From: an uncultured bacterium
GTDB taxonomy: Bacteria > Patescibacteriota > Microgenomatia > UBA1400 > UBA12108
Assembly (NCBI GenBank): GCA_903945195.1
Contig: CAJAUT010000009.1
Location: forward strand, 23,231-87,230
Direction of reading: 5' to 3'
DNA length: 64,000 bases
Part shown: positions 38,587 to 46,644 of the stretch, piece after piece
Layout: every line of letters begins with the position of its first letter
Position numbering within the stretch: the first letter of the stretch is position 1
Notes under the pieces: model-generated
What the model was told of the DNA's origin: nothing
Database searches by the model: none
The model's input: only the letters and a program-made list of their open reading frames with translations
Position numbers and translations under genes: made by a program

Positions 38587-39213
38587 TTATGCTGGAAGAC
38601 TGTTAAATGCTTGGTGGATTGCGGTCCCCACGTATTTTGCAGCAGAATTTTCGAGTTGTCCCGTCACGGAGTTGGGCCAGCTGGAGGGGGCCGAAAGGTG
38701 AATATTGCGCGGGCGAAGTAATCCTGGGACATTATTTTTATCGGTTTTCTTTCTAGGTTCATCTGAACATTCTATGTCCATGGTTAATCCAGTTTTTTCA
38801 TTGATTACCACAGTTAGTATTATTGAGCCGCCCGGGGATCTTTCTTTTGCGGCTTGTGCCAAAAATTGGAATTTCTCTGGACCACCCATCAACTGAATTG
38901 CTATGCCAAGCATTGATTGTTCATCTTGGGCCGTTTCGTCACTAACCTCCTGAGTGAGGATTGTGTAGCCCCATTCTTTTTTTTCTCGAGTGACTTTTTG
39001 CGTAAGATCTCCATACTCAGATGTATTACCAACATGTTTCAGGAGTTCCTCGTCCGAAACGGGCGCTCCAGATTCTTGACCGGCCCTCAATATGTCTCCG
39101 ATTTTAGACCTAGCGTCTGATGATGCAAATACATCTACCCAATGTGAATTTAATGCTTGCGTAAACGCAAGGGTTGCCCCATTTTGCAAATCTTCTGTCT
39201 TTTTTTCCATCAT
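38587..39213 (-). CDS. Hypothetical protein inserted between rpmH and rnpA
   Basis: 208-aa ORF with no recognisable motif or TM; co-directional, 30 bp upstream of rnpA and 48 bp downstream of rpmH. Confidence 0.4.
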   Translation of the reverse strand: MMEKKTEDLQNGATLAFTQALNSHWVDVFASSDARSKIGDILRAGQESGAPVSDEELLKHVGNTSEYGDLTQKVTREKKEWGYTILTQEVSDETAQDEQSMLGIAIQLMGGPEKFQFLAQAAKERSPGGSIILTVVINEKTGLTMDIECSDEPRKKTDKNNVPGLLRPRNIHLSAPSSWPNSVTGQLENSAAKYVGTAIHQAFNSLPA

Positions 39214-39261
39214 TATGAATTATTTATAGCACAATTTGAGCTTCGACCACTTGGAAAATAT

Positions 39262-39399
39262 TTAGACGGTCAATTTGGCGCGACCTTGAGCGCGGCGGCG
39301 AGAGATGACAAGGCGACCCTTATGGGAAGCCATGCGGATACGGAATCCATGGGTATTGCGGCGCTTGATTTTTTTAGGTTGATAAGTTCTTTTTGACAT
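39262..39399 (-). CDS. rpmH: Ribosomal protein L34 (not in the supplied ORF track)
   Basis: Manual reverse-complement translation gives [45 protein letters not shown], a canonical L34 sequence; 45 codons. Confidence 0.85.
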   Translation of the reverse strand: MSKRTYQPKKIKRRNTHGFRIRMASHKGRLVISRRRAQGRAKLTV

Positions 39400-39477
39400 T
39401 TCTGGATTTTAACACAAGAAGAGTGGATTTGTCACGGTGGGAGATAGTTTAGATATATTGTCTAGTGTGGAAAAGTT

Positions 39478-40845
39478 GTGGATAATGAGCTCATGGACAT
39501 CATATCAACTTGGAAGGCTGTACTTGGAGAACTAGAGGTTTCTATCTCCCCTGTATATTTTCCCACTTGGATCAAGCCACTATCAATTGCTTCGATAGAA
39601 AAATTGAGCGAAGAATCTCAGCTAGTAACTCTCCTTTGCCCGTCGGCTTACCACCAGACAATGGCTACTCAAAGATACCAGGGCCAAATCCAACGAAGTC
39701 TAGAGAGAATTACAAATTTAAAAACTGAACTGGCATATATTGTGGGGAAGGATGCTTCCACAAGTTTAGCGGCAGCACCTTCACCACTTTTTGATCCCAC
39801 TCCGCCTGCGGCTACGCTTGGGACAAGTGGACACCACAACCTAAACCCCAAGCTGACTTTTGAGACATACGTGGTTGGAGGATCCAATAATTTTGCTTAT
39901 GCGGCAGCACAGGGAGCGGCCAAGTCTCCGGGCACGAGACACAACCCACTCTTTATATACGGGGGAGTGGGACTTGGGAAAACCCACCTGATGCAGGCGA
40001 TAGGGCATGCAATATACAAAGACCATCCCGACTGGAATATCATGTATATCTCGGCAGAGACTTTTGGAAGCGATTTAATCGCGAGCTTACAAAATAAAAA
40101 GACTGCAGCTTTTAAAAAGAAGTATCGAGCTCCTAATGTGCTTTTAATTGATGATATCCAGTTTATCGCGGGCAAAGAATATACCCAAGAAGAGTTTTTT
40201 CACACATTTAATGAGTTGTATATGTCTGAGAGACAGATTGTGCTTACATCCGATCGTCCTCCACAAGAGATCCCAAAGATCGAGGAGAGACTGTCGTCTA
40301 GGTTTATGGGCGGACTTATGGTGGATATACAATCTCCCGATTTTGAGACTCGGGTGGCCATCCTTACACAAAAATGTAAGGCCTTAAATATTGAGGTACC
40401 CAGCGAAGTGATTGGTCTTATGGCTGAGAAAACTACTACCAACGTCAGAGAGCTAGAGGGGGCTCTACAGGGGATATTGACCAAGTCACTACCTAGTGGA
40501 GGCGAAATAAACAGCGATATGGTGCGCGAGTATTTTGGGGCTGAACATGAAAGGCGGAGCCAGAGAATCAAGCCAAATACGGTGATAAACAAGACAGCTT
40601 CATATTTTTCCTTCAAGCCAGCCGAACTTGTGAGCTCGAGTCGCAAGGCCCCGCTTACCAATGCCAGGCACACTGCCATGTATTTGCTTTATAAAGAACT
40701 GCATCTGCCATATGAGCAGGTAGGTAGACTATTTGGTGGACGAGACCATACAACTATTATCCATGCCGTTGAGAAAATTGAGGAAAAAATAAAGACCGAC
40801 CCAGAAATGGCAAAGATTATAGCGGATATAAAGCACGATTTATGA
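39478..40845 (+). CDS. dnaA: Chromosomal replication initiator DnaA
   Basis: AAA+ Walker A GGVGLGKTHL, sensor motifs and a C-terminal DNA-binding domain; 455 aa. The GTG start lies within a tgtggataa DnaA box, and an in-frame ATG at 39493 is an alternative start. Confidence 0.95.
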   Translation: MDNELMDIISTWKAVLGELEVSISPVYFPTWIKPLSIASIEKLSEESQLVTLLCPSAYHQTMATQRYQGQIQRSLERITNLKTELAYIVGKDASTSLAAAPSPLFDPTPPAATLGTSGHHNLNPKLTFETYVVGGSNNFAYAAAQGAAKSPGTRHNPLFIYGGVGLGKTHLMQAIGHAIYKDHPDWNIMYISAETFGSDLIASLQNKKTAAFKKKYRAPNVLLIDDIQFIAGKEYTQEEFFHTFNELYMSERQIVLTSDRPPQEIPKIEERLSSRFMGGLMVDIQSPDFETRVAILTQKCKALNIEVPSEVIGLMAEKTTTNVRELEGALQGILTKSLPSGGEINSDMVREYFGAEHERRSQRIKPNTVINKTASYFSFKPAELVSSSRKAPLTNARHTAMYLLYKELHLPYEQVGRLFGGRDHTTIIHAVEKIEEKIKTDPEMAKIIADIKHDL

Positions 40846-41087
40846 AAAATATAGTTATCAACATATCTTGTGGGAAACTCAGTGGAAAGGTGAGGGGATG
40901 CGAATGTGGAGAACTTACACAATTGAGGATAACTAGAGTTGTCCACAAAGCAGGTGAGTTATTCACAAAGTTATCCACAAGGTTTTGCACGCGATTTACA
41001 GAGAGCTTTCCACGAATCCACCGGCTCTACTACTACAACTAGTTTATTTAATATATATTAGTGATAGCTATAAATAAGGGACAAATT
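40846..41087. other. oriC: DnaA-box cluster and AT-rich unwinding element between dnaA and dnaN
   Basis: ttgtccaca (40939), ttattcaca (40959), ttatccaca (40971), tttccacga (about 41007), then the AT-rich stretch agtttatttaatatatattagtgatagctataaataa at 41041-41077. Confidence 0.7.
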
Positions 41088-42185
41088 ATGAAAATAGAAG
41101 TTTTGCAAGAACAGCTCGTAGCCGGATTTAATATAGTGGGGAGAGCTGTGGCAAGTAGAGCTCAGCTACCCGTACTTTCTCACATCCTGATAGAGGCTAA
41201 AAATGAAGGGTTAGTATTGTCTGCGACAGACCTAGAGATAGGAATCAAAATAAAGGTGTCTGCAAAAGTGATAGAGCCAGGAGTGGTAGCGGTACCAGCC
41301 AAGATGTTTGGGGAGTTTTTGGCATCACTTAATCCTGGAAAGATAGAACTTAAGTCTGAAGGAGAATCTCTATCTTTGAAGGCACCTGGGTATAACGGGA
41401 AATTCCAGACTATAAATGCAGAAGAATTTCCTTTGATCCCAGAACTTTCCACAGAAGCCGAGATTTGTACTTTAGAAGCCAAGGCCTTGTCCACTGCCGT
41501 ATCTCAAGTCGTGTTTGCCAGCGCCAAAGATAGTTTACGCCCAGTGCTGACGGGCGTGCTCTGGGAGTTTTTGAAGAAAAAGGTGAGACTGGTAGCGACT
41601 GATGGGTTTAGACTGGCAGTGGAAGAGATCTCTGTCGACACGAAGACTGAGCTGACAAGTCTACTTGTCCCATCTAGAGTGGTGATGGAAGTGGTGAGAC
41701 TGGCTGGGGAAGAAAAAATCATAGTTGGACACTTACCAGCGACTAATCAGATTTATTTTGTGGTGGGTGAGACTCAGATAGTGTCTCAGCTATTGTCTGG
41801 TAATTTCCCGGACTATAACAAGATTTTGCCAAAGGAATTTACGACTGAAATCAAAGTGAATAAAGACGAGCTTTTGCAGGCTATAAAGGCGACTCATATC
41901 TTTGCTAGAGATAACTCTAATATGGTGAAGTGGCAAGTAGCTGAAGAAAAGCTAGTACTCTTGTCGAGTTCTCCAGAGCGAGGGGAATGTAGAGTAGAGG
42001 TGCCAATTACTCTGACTGGAGATGATATTGAGATAATATTCAACGCCAAGTATGTCCTTGATTTTTTGGGAATTGTCGGAGGGGATACACTGTGGATAGG
42101 ACTAGGAGGGAAGCTGTCTCCTGGAATGATTAAAGATGTCGCGCGTGAAAACGGGCAGTATGTGGTAATGCCGATAAATGCGTAA
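41088..42185 (+). CDS. dnaN: DNA polymerase III beta sliding clamp
   Basis: 365 aa from MKIEVLQEQL, typical three-domain beta clamp (the track start at 41061 gives 374 aa). Confidence 0.9.
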   Translation: MKIEVLQEQLVAGFNIVGRAVASRAQLPVLSHILIEAKNEGLVLSATDLEIGIKIKVSAKVIEPGVVAVPAKMFGEFLASLNPGKIELKSEGESLSLKAPGYNGKFQTINAEEFPLIPELSTEAEICTLEAKALSTAVSQVVFASAKDSLRPVLTGVLWEFLKKKVRLVATDGFRLAVEEISVDTKTELTSLLVPSRVVMEVVRLAGEEKIIVGHLPATNQIYFVVGETQIVSQLLSGNFPDYNKILPKEFTTEIKVNKDELLQAIKATHIFARDNSNMVKWQVAEEKLVLLSSSPERGECRVEVPITLTGDDIEIIFNAKYVLDFLGIVGGDTLWIGLGGKLSPGMIKDVARENGQYVVMPINA

Positions 42186-42194
42186 ATCTCCATT

Positions 42195-42281
42195 AAGATC
42201 TGACCCGGTCTCCTGATTGTGTTTTGAAGTCGACTAAACATCTTGGCCTTTGGCCAGGATTTCCTTAGCGGGTCAGACCTT
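42195..42281. repeat. MITE family A (copy A6), intergenic between dnaN and virB4
   Basis: agatctgacccggtctcctgattgtgttttgaagtcgactaaacatcttggcctttggccaggatttccttagcgggtcagacctt. The track ORF 41894..42298 is its translation. Confidence 0.8.
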
Positions 42282-44210
42282 GGGGGTTGGTTGTTCAAAG
42301 ATCGGAGATGATTCTTCTTTAGCTTTGGGTTCGACTGGCTGCGGTTCGACAGTCGGGGTGGATGCTACTGGTGCGGCCGGAGAATTGGTTTTGGTGGAGA
42401 GGAGTTTGTCGGCAAAAGCTTTTTGACGATCTAGAGTTTCTTGAGGATTGGTGGTGATCAAAATGTGTTCTTCGGGAGAAGCAACGACCTTCATAGCCAC
42501 GTGATTTTGGCCGGCAAAAAATAGAGCCTCTCCAACTTCGGCGGTGAGGAGTAGATGTCTTTCTCCTTGTGAGAGGAAGAAGGTTGTGGCCAACTTTTCT
42601 ATAGCGCTACTAGATTGCTTCATGAGCACCTGTAGGGAGGAGTTTGAGACGATAGCCTTGCCATGGTCGCTCTTTAGGAAGTCCTCGACGTCCTGGGTGA
42701 TTGTAGTGAGTCCCAGGAAGTATTTGCGGGCGCGCTTGGCTATGCCATAAAGGAAAGTGGCGGAATCTTCGGATTTCATGAGATACCACGCCTCATCGAC
42801 CACAAGTAGTCTTTTCTTGAGATCTCTTTTAACCTTGGTCCAAATATAATCGAGAATGATGAAAATGGCAGTTGGGCGGAGCTCGTCTGTTAGATTTTTA
42901 ATACCAAAAACAGTGAGCTGATTGCCAAAGTTGACGTTGGATTTTTGGGAGAAAATCCCTTGGAAAGAGCCCTTAACATATTTTTCGAGACGATCGGCGA
43001 GTCCACGAGCTACGGCTTCTTCCATGCCATTTAGGACTTTGTATAAATCTTCCATAAGCGGAGGTTCGTTTTTGTGGGTGGCAGGGTCCCGATTTATTCC
43101 CTTCATCTGATAGGTCATAACGAGTGCTCGATCAAGTAATGCTTCTTCTTGTGGACTCATAGTACCCATCATGATTTTGAGGAGTGAATGAAGCGAAATG
43201 ATTTTCATGGCTAGTTCGTTTTCGTCTGGCTCGTCCATCTGGGGAAGCTCAAAAGGATTAATACGGTTGGGGGAGCCAAAGGAAAAGTCGATATAGGTGC
43301 CCTTGATGGCGTCGGATAATTTGCGATATTCATCTTCTGGGTCGATGACAATGACCTCGGTATCAAAAAGGAGGGAGCGAAGGATTTCTAGTTTGACCAT
43401 ATAGGACTTACCAGAACCAGATTTGGCAAAAACCACCATGTTGGCATTTTCGAGAGTGAAGCGATCAAAGACGACGAGCGAGTCATTGTGTTCGTTAATG
43501 CCGTACATTAGTCCTTCGTTGGCTGTGAGTTCTGAGGAGGTGAAAGGGAAGGTTGTGGCGAGACTGGTGGTGTCCATATTGCGATTCATTTTTAGTTTGT
43601 CTAGGCCCGTGGGGAGCGTGGTTTTAAAGCCATCTTCTATTTGAAGGCTTGCGGTTTTGGCGACAATGAGGAGCGCTCCGAGAGCGGACTTAATGTGATT
43701 GGTGACCCGGTCTAGGACGTCCTTTTTATCATCGCGGATGGTGATGTAGAGCCCAAACTGGAAGAATCTCTCGGCACCTTTGGCTAGTTGTTCCTGAAGT
43801 GAGCGAGCATCTTCTAGCTTGACTTGAGTGTCGATATTGATGATGCGACCTCTTTGAATGTCTCCCTGAAGCTCTGCTTCCATTTCGGCGATCTTGCGGC
43901 GCAGATCTTCGATGACGCCTTTACCATCAATAGGATAGATAAACATGGAGATGGAGAGGGAGTGAGGGAAATTGATGAGGGGGGAGAGCCAATTGGCGTT
44001 GACGAAACGGGGATAGCCAGCGACAAAGAGTGTGCGATAGTAAGTGTCGTTGATTTTGATGTCGCTCCAGTCGACCTCGATGGCTTCTGGAGCAATGACA
44101 TCTTTGACATTGGTGGTGCCCTGAGAAAGTACTGTGACTGCAGTAGAGACGGCCGGTCCAGAGTTTTTTGAGTCGTCTTTTTTGCCACCAAGGGAGAAGG
44201 GCAGTTTCAT
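42273..44210 (-). CDS. virB4: Type IV secretion system ATPase VirB4/TrbE/CagE family
   Basis: Walker A VFAKSGSGKSYMVK, Walker B LLVVDEAWYLMK, 645 aa, CagE/TrbE-like C-terminal ATPase domain. Confidence 0.85.
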   Translation of the reverse strand: MKLPFSLGGKKDDSKNSGPAVSTAVTVLSQGTTNVKDVIAPEAIEVDWSDIKINDTYYRTLFVAGYPRFVNANWLSPLINFPHSLSISMFIYPIDGKGVIEDLRRKIAEMEAELQGDIQRGRIINIDTQVKLEDARSLQEQLAKGAERFFQFGLYITIRDDKKDVLDRVTNHIKSALGALLIVAKTASLQIEDGFKTTLPTGLDKLKMNRNMDTTSLATTFPFTSSELTANEGLMYGINEHNDSLVVFDRFTLENANMVVFAKSGSGKSYMVKLEILRSLLFDTEVIVIDPEDEYRKLSDAIKGTYIDFSFGSPNRINPFELPQMDEPDENELAMKIISLHSLLKIMMGTMSPQEEALLDRALVMTYQMKGINRDPATHKNEPPLMEDLYKVLNGMEEAVARGLADRLEKYVKGSFQGIFSQKSNVNFGNQLTVFGIKNLTDELRPTAIFIILDYIWTKVKRDLKKRLLVVDEAWYLMKSEDSATFLYGIAKRARKYFLGLTTITQDVEDFLKSDHGKAIVSNSSLQVLMKQSSSAIEKLATTFFLSQGERHLLLTAEVGEALFFAGQNHVAMKVVASPEEHILITTNPQETLDRQKAFADKLLSTKTNSPAAPVASTPTVEPQPVEPKAKEESSPIFEQPTPKV

Positions 44211-44256
44211 ATATTCAAAGTATACAGTACTGCCCTTAGTACCAAAAGGGCTTGGG

Positions 44257-44895
44257 TTATTTGGTAATATTGGGGGCGACTATGGCTTGTTCGTAGTCGG
44301 AGGCTGTCGTGAACTTTTGACCTTTGACCGTCGAGTTATAAAGTGAGTGGAATAGCTTCATGAGATTCTGAGAGTTTACCTGTTCGGCAGCCAGTCCGAT
44401 TCTACTCAACTGTTTAATGATGTGGTCCCTTTTTGGTTCTAGATCGGCCTTGGCTTTTTGAATTAAGTCTTCAGTTATTTCTACTTTTCCAGAAAGGGTG
44501 ATGATTTGGTATGAAACTATCAAATAGAACTTTTTATCCAAAACATTTTGCTCTGTGATTGTAGTATCTATAAACTGGCGATAATTGTGCATGCGCTCTT
44601 TGAGAATTTCATCTTTAAGCTTTTTTTCTTGTGTGGCTAGTAGTTCTAGATAGGCGCTAATATCTTTTTTTTCAGATTTGATGACTATTTGAACCGGGAA
44701 AGAAAGGGAGTTGAGTAGTCCGGCATAGGCATAAATAGTCGCGTCTTGCTCTTCTTCAGATAGTAAGCCAAAATTGATTGCGGAAGTCTTTATGACAACA
44801 CTACAGATGCCGTTCTTTAGAATAACTAGATCATCTCGAATTGTTTCGATGTCTAAATGATCTTGGGTTGTTGCGACAATGATTGAGTCAGACAT
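44257..44895 (-). CDS. Hypothetical soluble protein in the T4SS operon
   Basis: 212 aa, no TM and no motif recognised; position between the PrgI-like gene and virB4. Confidence 0.35.
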   Translation of the reverse strand: MSDSIIVATTQDHLDIETIRDDLVILKNGICSVVIKTSAINFGLLSEEEQDATIYAYAGLLNSLSFPVQIVIKSEKKDISAYLELLATQEKKLKDEILKERMHNYRQFIDTTITEQNVLDKKFYLIVSYQIITLSGKVEITEDLIQKAKADLEPKRDHIIKQLSRIGLAAEQVNSQNLMKLFHSLYNSTVKGQKFTTASDYEQAIVAPNITK

Positions 44896-44951
44896 AAATA
44901 TTAGTATAACCTAAAATCACAAATCCTAAATTCTCCAATTCTCAAATTATT

Positions 44952-45953
44952 TTAAACTGTAACTCTTAACTCTACGGGTGAGAGGATAGTGTTATTTACG
45001 ACTATTTGTTGTGGAGCAAAAGTGAGGCCCATCTTATCTACCTCTATCACATAGGTGGCTGGGGAAAGAGGCGTGGAAGTATAAAATTGGCCCAAGGAAT
45101 TGGTTTTCATTGCCCGCTGGGGGATTCCGTCGCTACTGACTATTTGGACAATGGCATTTTCTATCAATTTCCCGCTTTGATCTACCACAGCGCCAGTAAT
45201 TAAATTGGGATCTTTGGGGGAGGCGGGAAGAGATATATTTTTTGGGGCAGTTCTTTCTGGGGCGGCACGTGATTGGGGGGCTGACGGGGCTGTAAAGATG
45301 GTGTTTGTAACCTGTTTGACTAGTCCTGGCGTCACAATGACCGCTTCTTTGGGAATGGGGGTGGAATCTGGAAGTGGTGTATGTAAGACAATTCCTGCGA
45401 CCTCTGTGGCAGGATTCAATTTTCTAACCAAGATTGAAGGTTTGGTAATTATTTCTTCTACTTTTTTTAGCGTCGAATCTGTCTGAGTGATTTGAGGCAC
45501 AGAACTAAATAAGCCATCTAGAGATTTTACGATACTAGCCTCCTTCTCGGTTAAGTCTGAGATGGATGACTGATTACTAGCGGCTACTGGAGCTTTGATG
45601 GTTTTTGTAATGGTGGTGATGACTTCTGGAGCGTGGGCCTCAAATAAAAACAGTCTAGGGATTTTGTTGGTTTTTTGCCAGGTGAATCTTGTGGGAGCAT
45701 AGATGGATTTGATAAAGTTGATGATCCACTGATCGAGGGGGCGATCTTCTAGAGGGAAAAATGCGAGTCCGGCTCCAAAGAGGAGAGAGAGGATAACTAG
45801 TGGCCATTTGACTATAAAAATAAGATTACTGGCAAAGAAAAGATAGGCCAATACCATACCGCTGGCTAATTCTAAGAACTGTTTAAGGGTCATGTCTCCT
45901 ACCAGGCGAAACTGGTATTGAGTGACATTTTGTGGGATTGGATGTTGTTGCAT
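44952..45953 (-). CDS. PrgI/VirB3-like two-TM protein with a C-terminal Pro-rich linker and beta-sandwich-like domain
   Basis: N-terminal GDMTLKQFLELASGMVLAYLFF...WPLVILSLLFGAGLAFF resembles the PrgI-family FGLTxRQ + 2 TM pattern; C-terminal carboxypeptidase-regulatory-like fold guess. Confidence 0.4.
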   Translation of the reverse strand: MQQHPIPQNVTQYQFRLVGDMTLKQFLELASGMVLAYLFFASNLIFIVKWPLVILSLLFGAGLAFFPLEDRPLDQWIINFIKSIYAPTRFTWQKTNKIPRLFLFEAHAPEVITTITKTIKAPVAASNQSSISDLTEKEASIVKSLDGLFSSVPQITQTDSTLKKVEEIITKPSILVRKLNPATEVAGIVLHTPLPDSTPIPKEAVIVTPGLVKQVTNTIFTAPSAPQSRAAPERTAPKNISLPASPKDPNLITGAVVDQSGKLIENAIVQIVSSDGIPQRAMKTNSLGQFYTSTPLSPATYVIEVDKMGLTFAPQQIVVNNTILSPVELRVTV

Positions 45954-46011
45954 ATATTAACAGTTTATCAGAGAATCATTACGCTACGCACGCGCAACAC
46001 TAGACAAAGAT

Positions 46012-46635
46012 TTATTTTTTTGTAGCTGGTTGAGCAATTTTGTATTGATGAGAGTCTGGAGCGAGTCCATTTTGGGTCACCCAAGCCTTGGCTTGTAGAA
46101 TAATGTCTGAGGGGGTAATTTTTGAGTCCAAAATGGTGATCTCTAAAGTAAGGGGGGCACTATAAACCAGTGAATATCCCTGTGTAAAGCGTGGAGTTTC
46201 CCCCATTAATGGATATTGAGCATCCATTTTGTCTTGGACTTGTTGGAGAAATCTGGGATCTGTTTGTCCCGGAGCTGTACTAAAAGTATAGATTGAAACT
46301 ACCTGGTCTAAATACTTGATAGTTAAGACGTATTTTGTGTTTAAGTATAAATATTTTTTGTGACTTAGGGATATGGTTTGTTTGTCGACTTGATTGATGG
46401 TCCAATTCTCATCTGGACTAGATGCAATAGAAATATCTGAGGCCAATATAGATTTATTAAATTGTATTTGAGGATTTATCATTACACTATTTTGCGTAGA
46501 TTTATCGAGAGGAGTTGTGGCCTCAATTGTTATTGGAATGGGCCTGTATGACATAGGCAATAAGATTAAGGTACCCAGAAGAATAATTCCTATAGAGAAA
46601 ATTATTAGGTTTTTTCTTGATAAATATTTATTCAT
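46012..46635 (-). CDS. Hypothetical secreted/membrane-anchored protein
   Basis: 207 aa, N-terminal signal/TM (LIIFSIGIILLGTLILLP), no motif. Confidence 0.35.
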   Translation of the reverse strand: MNKYLSRKNLIIFSIGIILLGTLILLPMSYRPIPITIEATTPLDKSTQNSVMINPQIQFNKSILASDISIASSPDENWTINQVDKQTISLSHKKYLYLNTKYVLTIKYLDQVVSIYTFSTAPGQTDPRFLQQVQDKMDAQYPLMGETPRFTQGYSLVYSAPLTLEITILDSKITPSDIILQAKAWVTQNGLAPDSHQYKIAQPATKK

Positions 46636-46644
46636 AGTTTTATT

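Noticed and set aside
7278-42281. Possibility that the recurring roughly 87-bp and 61-bp repeats form a CRISPR array
   Set aside because: The copies are dispersed over 35 kb with irregular spacing, are themselves long palindromes with variable interiors, and occur inside genes. No regular repeat-spacer periodicity and no cas genes are present.
41894-42298. 134-aa ORF beginning MNNQPPRSDPLRKSWPKAKMFSRLQNTIRRPGQ
   Set aside because: The sequence is the translation of MITE copy A6 plus antisense dnaN 3' end, not an independent gene.
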